This document shows, one piece after another, positions 32,501 through 43,355 of a stretch of 64,000 bases of DNA. Both the position numbers and the translations under genes were made by a program. Positions within the stretch are counted from its first letter, which is position 1. Every line of letters starts with the position of its first letter. The DNA is from an uncultured delta proteobacterium (lineage in GTDB: Bacteria; Myxococcota_A; Polyangia; Haliangiales; Haliangiaceae): contig CAVUQH010000024.1 in the NCBI GenBank assembly GCA_963743525.1, forward strand, positions 193,763-257,762. Direction: 5' to 3'. The notes below the pieces were generated by a model. It saw only the letters and a program-made list of their open reading frames with translations. It had not been told where the DNA came from and searched no databases.

Positions 32501-33222
32501 TGACCGGCGTCGCCGAGAACGCCGAATGGGAGCGGGTCACGGCCCGCTACTTCCTCGCCCTGGCGCAACGGCTGGCCGGCGACTACCGGGGCATGGCCGA
32601 GACCACCCGGCGGTCACTGGACATCGCCGACCGGCGCAGCGATCTGTACGCGGGTATCTTCTTCCGCTGCATCCCGTCGACGGCGGTCCATCTGCGCGCC
32701 GACGCGCCGGAAGAGGCGACGCGCGGCCTGGACCGCGCGCTGGACGGCTGGCCGGAGCACCCGTACACCACCGGCCACTACCTCCACGCCTTCTCGCGGA
32801 GCCTGGTCGACCTGTACCTGGGCGACGGCGCCAGTGCCATGCGCAGGCTCGACGACACCCGCCGGCAGATGCGCCAGCTGATGTTCCACCGCATGCCGTG
32901 GATCGTCGGCGAGCTCACCGGGCTGGAGATCCGCGCGGCGATCCTGTCCGGCGATCGGGCCCGGGCCCGCCACGCGGCGACCCGTCTGGCGCGCAGCGGC
33001 ATCCCCTACTTCGGCGCCGTCGCCGGCGCGCTGCTCGCGGCGCTGGCCGACGACCGACTGCGCACCGTCTCCGCGCTGCGCGATGCGGCCGCGCGCTTCG
33101 ACGAGCTGGGCGCGCAACCGATGGCCGCGGCCTGCAACTATCGGCTTGCCGCGCTGGGTGCCGGCGAAGCCGACGGGTGGTTCGTCGCGCAGGGTGTGGT
33201 CAACCCGGCGCGGCTGGTCGCG

Positions 33223-33249
<27 letters not shown>
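29515..33249 (+). CDS. Ser/Thr protein kinase fused to AAA/STAND NTPase and TPR-like repeats
   Basis: Kinase motifs 'GEGGMGVVYEA', 'HRDLKPSNVRV' and 'DFG'. P-loop 'VIEGESGMGKSALARRF'. Long helical repeat C-terminus. GGGGGA Shine-Dalgarno-like sequence 8 nt upstream of ATG 29515. Confidence 0.85.
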
Positions 33250-34239
<990 letters not shown>

Positions 34240-34242
34240 GAA

Positions 34243-35115
34243 TCAGTGACGTGCGCGGCGCGATCCGCGCCCCTGGCGGGCGATGTGCTCGGTGAGGTCG
34301 CGTACCACGCGCACCCGCTTGCCCGGGTGAATGTTCACCGTGAGGCTGGAGTGGATGTTGTACTCGCGGTTGACCAGCGTCACCTTGTGCCGGCCGCCGG
34401 TCAGGCGGATCGCCCGCTGGGGCGTCGTCAGCCCCGTGTCCACGTTGTTGATGACGATGCGGCACGGCGGCTTGGAGTTGATCATGAGCACGCCCTTGTG
34501 ATGGGCGAGGGTCGGCATCTCGGCGCTGGCGTTGCGCGAGGCCCGGGGCGAGCGGCTCGCGGCTCGCCGGTGCAGCTTGGGCACGCCGGCAGCGTGGGCA
34601 TCGGCAGCGGCGCCGCCGTCGTCACCCGCGTTGAGCTCGGCCAGGAGCTGCAGCGCGATCTCGTCGGTCGGGGTCAGATCGTCACCCAGGTCGACCTCGT
34701 AGTCGGCCGGATCGTCGCTGGTCGGCACGGGCTGCGCCGCCGACTCGTCGTCGGGCATGGCGATGACCACCGGCTCGGACGGCTGCTCATCCGCGGACGG
34801 CGCAGCGGCAGCGGATGCAACCGGGGAGCTCCCCGGATCGGGCGTCGGGGCGATGGCCGCCGGGGCGGCCGAGGCCTGTGCGGCCGGCTCGGGCTGGTCC
34901 CACGGGGCAGCCCAGACCAGCAGGATGGTGCCCACCGCGACCGCTGCCGCGGCGACCACTGGGCCCCTCCAGCGCCGGCGGCGGACAGCGGGACGGATCG
35001 GTGGCAGCGGCCGGCGCACAACTTGGGTTTCCACCTTGTGCTCGGCGGTCTGAATCGGAGGCGATTGCGAGTGTATGAACCTCGTGATCGCTGATGATTC
35101 CGTTGTGCTCTGCAT
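34243..35115 (-). CDS. Membrane-anchored Pro/Ala-rich protein with C-terminal PEGA-like domain
   Basis: Single TM 'VVAAAAVAVGTILLVWAA', low-complexity linker, C-terminal 'KPPCRIVINNVDTGLTTPQRAIRLTGGRHKVTLVNREY'. Confidence 0.5.
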   Translation of the reverse strand: MQSTTESSAITRFIHSQSPPIQTAEHKVETQVVRRPLPPIRPAVRRRRWRGPVVAAAAVAVGTILLVWAAPWDQPEPAAQASAAPAAIAPTPDPGSSPVASAAAAPSADEQPSEPVVIAMPDDESAAQPVPTSDDPADYEVDLGDDLTPTDEIALQLLAELNAGDDGGAAADAHAAGVPKLHRRAASRSPRASRNASAEMPTLAHHKGVLMINSKPPCRIVINNVDTGLTTPQRAIRLTGGRHKVTLVNREYNIHSSLTVNIHPGKRVRVVRDLTEHIARQGRGSRRARH

Positions 35116-35236
35116 CCCCGACCGAAGTCCCCCCGGTCGGCCGACACTAGCTCACACGAAAGCGCAGACGCAACCGTGGTTTCATTCACGACGCGCTGCG
35201 CCATCGGGAGCTGCCCGAATCGACGGGAGCAGCCGA

Positions 35237-36109
35237 CTAGTAGCCGGGAGGCCGGGCGTAGGCCCGATCGCCGGGGAACGGATTGGCGCTGTCGCGGCGC
35301 TGGAGCTCATCGGTGGTCCAGCGAGATCCCCGCTCGGCGAACAGCGCCACGCCGACCACGCCGACGTTGCGATCCCCCGAGGTCCGGCCGGCGTACGAGT
35401 CGGCGACCCGGCCGAAGCGGAACGCGGCGACCGCGTCGTCGCTCTGGCGGAAGCCGTCGATCACCAGGTTGGAGTACGGCTCGATGATGTAGCCGCGCTT
35501 GTGCAGGTCGGCGGCGTGACCGTCGATGACGTCGAGGCCGTCGACCGAGGCAACCACCTCGTAGCGACCACCGGTGCGGTTGTCGATGACGATGTTGTAG
35601 CGCTGCCCCTCGGCGCCGACGACCAGGGTGCGACCGGACATTTCGCCGCCGGGAAGCAGCGCGCCGTTCTGATCGACCAGCGCGATCGACACCCCGCCGT
35701 TGGGCGTGTACGCGCGCAGCGGCTGCAGCGGTACCCCGCCGAGGTAGCGCGCCTGGGCGTTGACGCCCTCGGCGTCGTTGTAGTAGACGGTGACCGCGGC
35801 GAACGGCGAGCTGGCGTAGCGTTCGAACGGCTTGCTGCTCACGTGCGAGCTGACCGTCTCGCCCCACACCGTGCCCAACCCGGGGCGCTCGTCCGGTGCC
35901 GGTTGCGGTTCCGTCGCGGCGGTCGACGACGGGCGCGAGTAGCTGTCGCCGCCGGAGGCGGGCGCGCCGTAGTCGGCGCTGGACGGCGGCGGTGCCTGGG
36001 CAAGCGCCGGCTTGCTCGCGCGGAAGGCGTTGCCACCGCCGCAGCCGGACACGACCGCCAGGCCGATAGCGAGGACGAGAGTCGACGTGAAACGAGCTGC
36101 CGTGGACAT
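35237..36109 (-). CDS. Lipoprotein of unknown function
   Basis: ATG 36109 preceded by AAGGAGA. Signal/lipobox 'MSTAARFTSTLVLAIGLAVVSGCGGGN'. The longer upstream ORF extension is Arg-rich and spurious. Confidence 0.6.
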   Translation of the reverse strand: MSTAARFTSTLVLAIGLAVVSGCGGGNAFRASKPALAQAPPPSSADYGAPASGGDSYSRPSSTAATEPQPAPDERPGLGTVWGETVSSHVSSKPFERYASSPFAAVTVYYNDAEGVNAQARYLGGVPLQPLRAYTPNGGVSIALVDQNGALLPGGEMSGRTLVVGAEGQRYNIVIDNRTGGRYEVVASVDGLDVIDGHAADLHKRGYIIEPYSNLVIDGFRQSDDAVAAFRFGRVADSYAGRTSGDRNVGVVGVALFAERGSRWTTDELQRRDSANPFPGDRAYARPPGY

Positions 36110-36153
36110 GAAATCTCCTTGCGTGAGGGGAACGCGCGCGGCGCCGGCAGCTT

Positions 36154-36828
36154 TCACCGGCCCCAGTTGATGCCGAAGTGGAAGAAGAAGCCGACGTTGT
36201 TGCGCGACGGCCGAGTGGCGCGGTCGCACGGTCCACCGCAGGTGGGCATGACGTCGGCGCCCGGCTCCGGAGCGCGGGTCAGATGGACGCGCAACGCCAC
36301 GTACGGGCCGTAGTAGCGCGGATGCGGATCGTCGCGGCCGATGACGCCGTTGAGTTGCCAGCCGACGCCGAGCACCGCGTCGGGACGGGTCAACACGCCG
36401 CCGGCATCCCACGCGATGCGCTGCACGCCGGCTCCGCCCTCGAGCCAGAAGTCACCGCTGAGCGGACCACGACGCCCGCGGTGATCGGGATCACCGGAGG
36501 TGCGCAACAGCGAGTAGCGCGCGACCAGCCCGCCGCGGCTCATGGTGCCGGTGCTGCCCGAGCTGTCGTCGCCGACGCCCAGGTAGTTGTACTCGGCGAG
36601 CAGCACCAGGTCGCCGAAACGGCGGCCGATGTCAACCTGCAGGCCGCGGGTGTAGCGACGTGACGGACCGACGTCCTCGCCGCCGACGATGAAGCCGACG
36701 TCAACCTCGGTGCGCCGATCCGGCGGCGTCGCTTCGACCGCGATCGATGGCGTGGCCCGCGCACCGGTGGCGAGCGCGGACAGGATCAGAGGAATGGAGA
36801 GGCAGGCAAAGCGAGTCCGAGTGCGCAT
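36154..36828 (-). CDS. Putative outer-membrane beta-barrel protein
   Basis: Signal 'MRTRTRFACLSIPLILSALATGARA'. Alternating hydrophobic pattern. Aromatic C-terminus 'FFFHFGINWGR'. Confidence 0.5.
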   Translation of the reverse strand: MRTRTRFACLSIPLILSALATGARATPSIAVEATPPDRRTEVDVGFIVGGEDVGPSRRYTRGLQVDIGRRFGDLVLLAEYNYLGVGDDSSGSTGTMSRGGLVARYSLLRTSGDPDHRGRRGPLSGDFWLEGGAGVQRIAWDAGGVLTRPDAVLGVGWQLNGVIGRDDPHPRYYGPYVALRVHLTRAPEPGADVMPTCGGPCDRATRPSRNNVGFFFHFGINWGR

Positions 36829-36883
36829 GACAGGGGAGCAACGCAACCGCGCCGCCGCCGCTTACACCGCAACTACTCCGGGC

Positions 36884-37384
36884 TCAGCGGTGCAGGTCGA
36901 GGCACGCCTGGGTGAGCGGCACCGCCACCTCGAACGACGCCTCCATGTCGCGCAGGATCGCGCGCTCGAGCCGGCCACCGATCATCGGCAGGCGCATCTC
37001 GATCTCTCCCTCGAAGCGCCGGGACACCCGGCCGGGCTCGATGGCGACCACGCTGTAGGTCGACTCGATACGCGCCCGACCGGTCATCAGCGCCGGGCGG
37101 ATGCTGATCTCGATCCGGTCCTCCGCCTTGTAAAAGGTGCTCTCTTCGTCGTACTCGAGGCCGGCGCGGATCACCGCCCGCATCCACCCGGGAATCTGCC
37201 GTTTCGGCACCACCCGGCAGCGCAAGAGGCGGGTGGTCCCGTCGTCGGTGTCTTCGAGGACCTCGCGCGACTGCAGGCCGAGCGCTTCGTCGAGGCGCGC
37301 CTCGTGCTCCTCGTCGAAGTAGCAGCGCCAGAAGGCCGCCGGGTCGGCGCATTGAAACTCGTGCTCGAACGAAAACGGGGTCAC
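36884..37384 (-). CDS. DUF2505-like (SRPBCC-fold) protein
   Basis: GTG start gives 'VTPFSFEHEFQCADPAAFWRCYFDEEHEARLDEAL...', typical of DUF2505. Confidence 0.5.
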   Translation of the reverse strand: MTPFSFEHEFQCADPAAFWRCYFDEEHEARLDEALGLQSREVLEDTDDGTTRLLRCRVVPKRQIPGWMRAVIRAGLEYDEESTFYKAEDRIEISIRPALMTGRARIESTYSVVAIEPGRVSRRFEGEIEMRLPMIGGRLERAILRDMEASFEVAVPLTQACLDLHR

Positions 37385-37461
37385 GGGCGGACGATGGCAC
37401 AGACCGCGCCGCCGGCCAACCGCGCGTTGACAGCGTCCCGCCGTCGCGCAACCCTCGGGCG

Positions 37462-37926
37462 GTGAAGCTCTACCTGATTCGCCACGCCGACGCGGTCTCG
37501 GCCGGGCCCGGGCTGCCCGACTCGTCACGCTATCTGTCCGCCGACGGTCGCCAGGTCGCGCGCCGCGTCGGCCGGATCCTGCGCGAAGAGGGGGTCGCCT
37601 TCGGCGCCGTGCTCACCAGCCCGCTGGTGCGGGCGGTGCAGACGGCCGAGCTGATGGCCGAAGCGGTGGACTACCTGGGCGAGATCGAGGCCCACGGTGG
37701 GCTGGTTCCCGGCTGCGAGCCGCAGGTGATCGCCGCCGACGCCGCGCGGCGCGGAGTTGACCTGGCGCTGTTCGGCCACGAGCCGAGCATCTCGGCGCTG
37801 GCCGCGTACCTGACCGGGCAGCCGTCGTTCCAGCCGTTCCGCAAGGGACAGGTGGTCCTGGTCGAGGACCGCCGCCCGGTCTGGCGCATCAAGCCGACCG
37901 GTCAGGGGATCGAGCCGCAGTTCTGA
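37462..37926 (+). CDS. sixA: Phosphohistidine phosphatase SixA (histidine phosphatase superfamily)
   Basis: 'MKLYLIRHADAV' RHG motif and 'ALFGHEPSIS'. GTG start. TTGACA hexamer about 38 nt upstream. Confidence 0.75.
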   Translation: MKLYLIRHADAVSAGPGLPDSSRYLSADGRQVARRVGRILREEGVAFGAVLTSPLVRAVQTAELMAEAVDYLGEIEAHGGLVPGCEPQVIAADAARRGVDLALFGHEPSISALAAYLTGQPSFQPFRKGQVVLVEDRRPVWRIKPTGQGIEPQF

Positions 37927-38272
37927 TCAGATGCTGTCGAACGTGACGCCGATCGCGGCGCCGTTGCATGTACTTCTCGAGCTCGCGCCAGGCGTGGTCG
38001 AACGCCTCGCGAATCGCGACGAACAGATCCTCGTGCTCGACCCGCTGGTCGGGGCTGCGATCGACGACCAGCTCGGTGCCCGGGATGCTCAGATCGATGG
38101 TGACTTTGTAGTGATTGCCTTTGCTCTGGCTGCGGTGGGGGGCTTCGATGACGACGCGACAAGAGGTGATGCGCTCCAGCTGGCTGAGCTTGTCCGCCTT
38201 CTCGCGGATGAGCTCGTCGGCCGCGGCACTGGATTCGAGATGCCGGTACGTAATCTGCAGAGGAAGGGTCAT
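37889..38272 (-). CDS. hpf: Ribosome hibernation promoting factor / RaiA-family protein
   Basis: 'MTLPLQITYRHLESSAAADELIREKADKLSQLERITSCRVVIEA...YKVTIDLSIPGTELVVDRSPDQRVEHEDLFVAIREAFD' matches the YfiA/HPF fold pattern. 3' end overlaps sixA convergently. Confidence 0.7.
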   Translation of the reverse strand: MTLPLQITYRHLESSAAADELIREKADKLSQLERITSCRVVIEAPHRSQSKGNHYKVTIDLSIPGTELVVDRSPDQRVEHEDLFVAIREAFDHAWRELEKYMQRRRDRRHVRQHLIRTAARSPDRSA

Positions 38273-38388
38273 ACGAACGGCGCATGCCACCGCCGTGCCA
38301 CATGAGCTTTCGCAGAGTTGCCGACAACCTGGCCCCCGGGTCGCGCAGGTTGTGCGACCCGGGGTCCATCGCCCCGCAAAGGTTGCGC

Positions 38389-40155
38389 CTACCAGGCGTC
38401 GGAGATCAGCAGGTTGAGCTGAATCCGCCGGCGCTTGGGATCCCAGGCGCGGCGCTCCTCGCGGCGAGCCAGCGCGCGCTGTTCGACCAGGGCGTCATGG
38501 TCCATCGCCAGTAGCTCGGCGCGATGGCCCCGCGCGGCCATGGGGTCGCCAGCGGCATCGGCGGCGCGCGCCGCCCACAGCAGCAGCTGGCCGCGGCGCA
38601 GCGGGATGGTCTCGGTCGTCAGACCGGCCTCGAGGTGGGCCTGCGCGGCGGCGAAGTCACCGGTGCGCATGGTCAACACGCCGGCGGGAAACCGGTAGCT
38701 GGGATCGTCGGGCTGCAGCGCGATCGCCTGCTCCAGCTGGGCCAGCGCGCCGCGCCAGTCGTCGACCTGGCGATCGAGTCGGCTGGCTTCGGTGTAACAG
38801 TCGAACGCGCGCTCGGCGGCGTCGGTCGACACCGGCGCGTCGACCCGCTCGAGCTCGCGGCCACCGACGGGACCGTCCCACGCCCAGTTGACGCGAACGT
38901 ACGGCCCGCGCGAGGTCGGCGCCGGACCGACCGATACGTGGATGGCCCGCTCTTCGGGACAGGCGACGATGCTCTTGACCGTCGCCGGCTGCGACACGAT
39001 GGCGCCGCTGCCGCGGGCCGCGTGCGGCGCCGACGGGTCGACGCGATCGTTGAGCGCGTTCTGCAGCGCCTCGACGGTCATGCCGCCCGACGACCGGTGC
39101 TCGGCGACCAGCATCTCCAGCCGCCCCTGCCTCCCGGTCGAGTGCGCGTCCCACGCCGACGACGCGGCGACCTGCCCGACCACCATCTCCGAGTGGCGAT
39201 AGCGGTTGGCGCAGCTCACGTGGTCGCGATCGCCCGGCTCGATCACCGATACCTTGCGCGCGTTGGCCTCGATCGCCACCGCCTTGTGCTCGCGCGCCGA
39301 CGACACGGCGATGCCCCAGGTCGACGCCGACGGGCGCTCGCGCACGATGGCGATCGCCTCGTCGATCGACGTCGCCCGGCGGGCGATGTCGTGGCCGATG
39401 TCGACGATGGCCGCGCCGTCGAAGGTGACGTCGCGGTGAAAGCGCGTGTGCATGGTGACGGTGATGCCGGCCTCGTTGAACGCGGTGACCCCGGGCGTGT
39501 CGGCGCCGCGGGCGGTGACGAAGCCGTAGCGCTCGCCCTCGTCCGGCTCGCAGAAGACCACCGCGGGGACGCGGTCCCACACGCCGATGCCGGGGAAGTC
39601 GAAGTTGCGCGCGTGGCGCAGCTGGCCGTTGTCCGAGGCGCCGTCCCACACCATCAGCGTCGAGCAGGCGGGCACTGCCGCGTCGGCGGCGATGCGGCCG
39701 AACGGCCCCAGGCCGAGGCGGCCGACGATGCCGACGACGTTCTGCAGGACGTCCATCACCGCCAGGTAGCGGCTGTGCTCGGCCGGCAGGCCCAGCTCCT
39801 CCATGAACGCGCGCGAACGCGCCAGGTAGGCGGCCGGCCGCTGGCGCTCGACCCGGCGGAGCAGCGCGTCCTTGAGCCGCGCCGCCGCCTTGCGCACGAT
39901 CCAGCGCGGCCGCGTGTACGAATCGGCGTGCAGGATCATTCGCTCGGGAAGCTCGGTGTAGAAGTTGACCACCTGCTCCCAGCTGCCGAGCTCGCGCAGC
40001 GCGCGGGCGTGTTGCGCGCCCATCTCGGCCTGGCTGCCGCGCAGGCGAATCACCGCCAGCGGCTCGAGTGGTTGCACCTCGCGCGCGGGGCTGGGCGCGC
40101 GGCGCTGGGCGGGGCGAAGCTTGGGAAGTGACATCTGGCTGAGCTGTTGGGTCAT
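38389..40155 (-). CDS. Peptidase C45 / acyl-CoA:6-aminopenicillanic-acid acyltransferase family protein with C-terminal TPR-like region
   Basis: Ntn-hydrolase-like 'VPACSTLMVWDGASDNGQLRHARNFDFP'. C-terminal helical repeats. ATG 40155 (MTQQLSQMSL). The Arg-rich upstream extension is spurious. Confidence 0.6.
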   Translation of the reverse strand: MTQQLSQMSLPKLRPAQRRAPSPAREVQPLEPLAVIRLRGSQAEMGAQHARALRELGSWEQVVNFYTELPERMILHADSYTRPRWIVRKAAARLKDALLRRVERQRPAAYLARSRAFMEELGLPAEHSRYLAVMDVLQNVVGIVGRLGLGPFGRIAADAAVPACSTLMVWDGASDNGQLRHARNFDFPGIGVWDRVPAVVFCEPDEGERYGFVTARGADTPGVTAFNEAGITVTMHTRFHRDVTFDGAAIVDIGHDIARRATSIDEAIAIVRERPSASTWGIAVSSAREHKAVAIEANARKVSVIEPGDRDHVSCANRYRHSEMVVGQVAASSAWDAHSTGRQGRLEMLVAEHRSSGGMTVEALQNALNDRVDPSAPHAARGSGAIVSQPATVKSIVACPEERAIHVSVGPAPTSRGPYVRVNWAWDGPVGGRELERVDAPVSTDAAERAFDCYTEASRLDRQVDDWRGALAQLEQAIALQPDDPSYRFPAGVLTMRTGDFAAAQAHLEAGLTTETIPLRRGQLLLWAARAADAAGDPMAARGHRAELLAMDHDALVEQRALARREERRAWDPKRRRIQLNLLISDAW

Positions 40156-40781
40156 CGGTTCTTCTCCGGTGAAGCCGGTTGGGCGCCGCCGTCGAGCCGC
40201 AGAGGCTCGAGCACGTGTCGGCGCAGTCCTTCGACGACGCGACGCGGGTCGGCGTCGCGGACGATCTTCTGTACGTGAGCGCCGTCGATGACGGCGAAGC
40301 AGAGGTCGACGACGATGGTCGCGTCGCACGGCGCCACGATCCCGTCGGCGATTCCGCGCTCGAGCCGCGCGCGCAGCTCCTCGCGGACCGGGCGGACGAA
40401 CTGGCGAGCGCGGCGGGCAAAGCGCTCCGCTGCCGAGTCGCCGGCGACCGCGAACAGCTGGAACAGCACCATCACCCGGTCGCGGCGCTCGGCGTAGAAA
40501 TCGACGGTCGCCTCGACCAGCGCGGCCAGGGTGTCGATCGGGTGGGCGACCCCGGCCAGCCGGCCGCGGACGAACCGCTCGAGCTCGGTGTCGGTCTCGG
40601 CGACGACAGCGTCGAAGATCTCGCCGAAGTCTTTGAAGTGCCAGTACAGCGTCGGCCGCTTCATCTCCAGGGCCACGGCGATGTCGCTCATCGTCGTCTT
40701 CGCCACCCCGCGGGAGCGGATCACCTCGAAGGCGCGAAGCGCCAGCTCGCGGCGGCGTTCTGTATCGACGGTCCTCGCCAT
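40152..40781 (-). CDS. TetR/AcrR-family transcriptional regulator
   Basis: HTH 'GVAKTTMSDIAVALEMKRPTLYWHFKD'. Operator-like palindromes lie immediately upstream (see regulatory feature). Confidence 0.8.
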   Translation of the reverse strand: MARTVDTERRRELALRAFEVIRSRGVAKTTMSDIAVALEMKRPTLYWHFKDFGEIFDAVVAETDTELERFVRGRLAGVAHPIDTLAALVEATVDFYAERRDRVMVLFQLFAVAGDSAAERFARRARQFVRPVREELRARLERGIADGIVAPCDATIVVDLCFAVIDGAHVQKIVRDADPRRVVEGLRRHVLEPLRLDGGAQPASPEKNR

Positions 40782-40785
40782 AACT

Positions 40786-40860
40786 CGACAGTCTGTCGGT
40801 TTATACGGATTACTCGACAGAGTGTCAACGAATTTCTCGGCCCGAAACCGGGGGTTTCGG
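40786..40860. promoter_or_regulatory. Candidate TetR operator palindromes plus stem-loop in the divergent intergenic region
   Basis: Perfect palindrome cgacagTctgtcg (40786-40798). Related gacagAGtgtc (40815-40826), sharing 'ctcgacag'. Inverted repeat ccgaaacc-ggg-ggtttcgg (40842-40860). Confidence 0.5.
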
Positions 40861-40926
40861 TGGCCGCGGCCAGGGATCCCGGGCCGGCGGTTTCCGTATA
40901 CTGCCTGCCCGGTGCCGGGGGAGCAG

Positions 40927-41475
40927 ATGGCAAAGGAGATGGCCCAGGACAAGGACGAGGCCGCGCTGGTCATCCAGGTCGAGCCGACCAAGGCCAGCTG
41001 CGCCGGCGCCGCCGCGGCGTACCTGCTCCGCTCCATCTCCGCGCGCGCGGGCAGCTACGCCCCGGGCATCGAAGAGAAGATGTTCGACGAGCTCGAGCGT
41101 CTGGCCATCGACTTGCCCGATGTCGAGCGCTGGTTCGCCACCTACAACCAGCAGCTGACCTACCTCGGCTACCGCTTCATGGCCCGCCGGGTCGCGTTTC
41201 GCACCCCGGGCATCGTCGCCTGGGTCAAGGCCGGTGACGGCTTCCGCGGCGCGCTCCTGCCCACCAGCGTGCGGGTTATGCACCCGGACGAAGAGGCACC
41301 GGCCGACCACGCCGTGGCGCTGCTCGCCGGCGGCGACGCGAGCAAACGCAACGGCGTCGTCATGGTCAACCCGTGGCCGGGCGGCGGCGCCATCGACGTG
41401 CCGCCCAACCTCGACGAGGCGCGGCGCTCACTTCGCTGGTCCGGCCTGCTCTTCTTCTGGTCCGGCTACAGCTGA
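40927..41475 (+). CDS. Hypothetical protein divergent from the TetR gene
   Basis: ATG 40927 'MAKEMAQDKDEAALVIQVEPTK...'. 182 aa. No recognisable domain. Probable target of the adjacent TetR. Confidence 0.45.
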   Translation: MAKEMAQDKDEAALVIQVEPTKASCAGAAAAYLLRSISARAGSYAPGIEEKMFDELERLAIDLPDVERWFATYNQQLTYLGYRFMARRVAFRTPGIVAWVKAGDGFRGALLPTSVRVMHPDEEAPADHAVALLAGGDASKRNGVVMVNPWPGGGAIDVPPNLDEARRSLRWSGLLFFWSGYS

Positions 41476-41487
41476 GCCGCGACGCCG

Positions 41488-43164
41488 TCAGCGGCTGAGC
41501 TGCACCCCCGGATCGTTGCCGCCCGGAAGCGCGTGGCCGGGAACCAGCACGCCGTCGTTGCAGCGCAGGTAGAAGCCGCCCGCGTCGTACGTGGCGCCAT
41601 CGACGATGAAGTCAACCGAGCCGCCGGAGATATAGCAGCCGGCCTTGCGGGTCACCACGGTGTCGGGGCTCACGGTGGTGTTGTCGTCGATGAAGTTGGG
41701 CGAGTTCACCGACGGGTTTTGGGTCACGATCATCTCGTCCACCGCGTTGCGATAGATCTGGTTCTGCATCACCACGTTGTAGGTGGCGTGGTCGAGATCG
41801 TCGACACCGCTGCCGTACTGGATGTCCGAGTCGAGGTCGCAGTAGTTGCCCAACCCCGGCGAGTCGCCGTCGCGCGAGCCGAGGTAGACCGCCGGGCGGA
41901 CGATCAAGTCGTCGATGCTCGGGTAGTCGACGTAGATGAACTGGTTGTTGATGATCTGGTTGTACGACGGCGTCTGATGGCGCGCGATGCCCTTCTCACC
42001 GCAGTTGCGATAGAGGAAGATGCCGCCGTTCTCCAGCTCGGCGAAGACGTTGTCGATGATCTTGTTGTGCGCCGACGAGTCAACGTTGATCTGCGGAGCG
42101 TTGGTCTCGGTGTCGATGACGTTGTTCTTGATCAGATTGCCGCTGGTTTCCGCGCCGAGATAGATACTCGCGTTGCCCGAGCTGCCGGTGATGCTCGAGT
42201 TGATCAGCTTGGAGTTGGTGACGCCCGGGCCGAAGTAGAGGGGGATGCGCGAGTAGCCGATGATCTCCATGTTGTCGAGCACGATATTGGTGGGCGCGTC
42301 GTGCTGGATCCGGGAGACGTGGTCGGGCGTGGCGGACGAGTCGTGGTACAGGTCACCGGAGGCGGCCTGCACCATCCCCCAGAAGCGAACCGATCCGCGG
42401 ACCACGCCGTTCTCGATGGTGACGTTCCGCGGGCGCCGGTAATTGGGGAAGCCGGCCGCGTCGTACGTGCCGTCCTGCTTCGACTGGACTTCGACCATGT
42501 CCCGGCCGTTGTTGTAGGTACCGGGGGCACCGTTCAGCGTCGAGTGATTGAGGTCGATGGTGATGTCGTGCACGTCGTCGCCATAGATACGCATCCGTCG
42601 GGTGATGGTGACGTTCGGCTCCAGGTAGACGTTGCAGTCGATGTCAACGTGGCTGTTGGGCGCCTCGGCCGGCTTGACCAGCTCGCGCAGCGTCGCCTCC
42701 GGGCAGGTCGCAGTGGGCGCTGTCCGCGTGCAGATCTGATGTGACGTGCCCTCGGCACCGTCGGAGTTCCGATACGCGATCATGCGGAAGCAGTAGCTCG
42801 TATTCGCCGTCAACCCGCCTGCCGTGTAGTCGCTGGTCGTGTACTCGGAGGTCGACGTGGGTACCTCGTATGCCGTCCAGCTGCCGTCTGGCTGCTGGAC
42901 CTCGAAGCGGTAGCCCGACTCGGCGGTGGTATTGTCCGTCCACAGGAATCCCACGCTGTGGTCGGTCCGCCAGAGCGAATAGAGCGTCGGGGCCGCCAGC
43001 GTCGGCTGGGCGGTGCCGCCGCCGCCGCCGAAGGTTCCGCCGGTCGAGATGCCGCGCACGAACGGCGTGGGCTCCGGGTCGAGCGGCGCGTCGGCCGACA
43101 GGCAGCCGGCCAGCGCGGCGGCGCCGAGGAGGGAGGCGATGAGCGAGGGGAAGTTGGTCAGCAT
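41488..43164 (-). CDS. Secreted lipoprotein: fibronectin-III-like domain + right-handed parallel beta-helix (pectin-lyase-fold) domain
   Basis: Lipobox 'LLGAAALAGCLS'. FN3-like 'LYSLWRTDHSVGFLWTDNTTAESGYRFEVQ'. Repeated 'N.VI.N' beta-helix rungs ('NLIKNNVIDTETNAPQINV', 'NKIIDNVF', 'NQIINNQFIYV'). Confidence 0.7.
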   Translation of the reverse strand: MLTNFPSLIASLLGAAALAGCLSADAPLDPEPTPFVRGISTGGTFGGGGGTAQPTLAAPTLYSLWRTDHSVGFLWTDNTTAESGYRFEVQQPDGSWTAYEVPTSTSEYTTSDYTAGGLTANTSYCFRMIAYRNSDGAEGTSHQICTRTAPTATCPEATLRELVKPAEAPNSHVDIDCNVYLEPNVTITRRMRIYGDDVHDITIDLNHSTLNGAPGTYNNGRDMVEVQSKQDGTYDAAGFPNYRRPRNVTIENGVVRGSVRFWGMVQAASGDLYHDSSATPDHVSRIQHDAPTNIVLDNMEIIGYSRIPLYFGPGVTNSKLINSSITGSSGNASIYLGAETSGNLIKNNVIDTETNAPQINVDSSAHNKIIDNVFAELENGGIFLYRNCGEKGIARHQTPSYNQIINNQFIYVDYPSIDDLIVRPAVYLGSRDGDSPGLGNYCDLDSDIQYGSGVDDLDHATYNVVMQNQIYRNAVDEMIVTQNPSVNSPNFIDDNTTVSPDTVVTRKAGCYISGGSVDFIVDGATYDAGGFYLRCNDGVLVPGHALPGGNDPGVQLSR

Positions 43165-43252
43165 GGTGCGGCCTTGCCGAGCAACCGCCGTGCCGATGCG
43201 CGGGCTCCGAGTTTCGGTTCGTTGCGGTGTCTCATCGACCGTCGCAGCCCGA

Positions 43253-43306
43253 GAGGAGACAGACCGAGGAGACACCTGGCTGTCTCCTCCCGGTGCGCTC
43301 GCACCG
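43253..43306. promoter_or_regulatory. Inverted/direct repeat cluster in the divergent intergenic region (possible 5'UTR hairpin or operator)
   Basis: 10-bp perfect inverted repeat gaggagacag...ctgtctcctc with a 17-nt spacer. 'gaggagaca' occurs twice in direct orientation. Adjacent palindrome cggtgcgCTcgcaccg. Confidence 0.4.
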
Positions 43307-43355
43307 GTTTTCCGCCGTCTTGCGGTTGGCCCGGCCGCTGCAAGGGCGCGCAGGC

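Noticed and set aside
37421-37461. TTGACA hexamer upstream of sixA as a sigma-70 promoter
   Set aside because: Only a -35-like hexamer is present. There is no convincing -10 at 16-18 nt spacing, so it was left as a note in the sixA evidence rather than a feature.
38524-40420. Alternative-frame ORFs (535 aa plus strand, 587 aa minus strand) over the C45 peptidase locus
   Set aside because: The 38389-40155 minus frame contains the Ntn-hydrolase/C45-like motifs. The others are Arg/Ala/Gly-rich.
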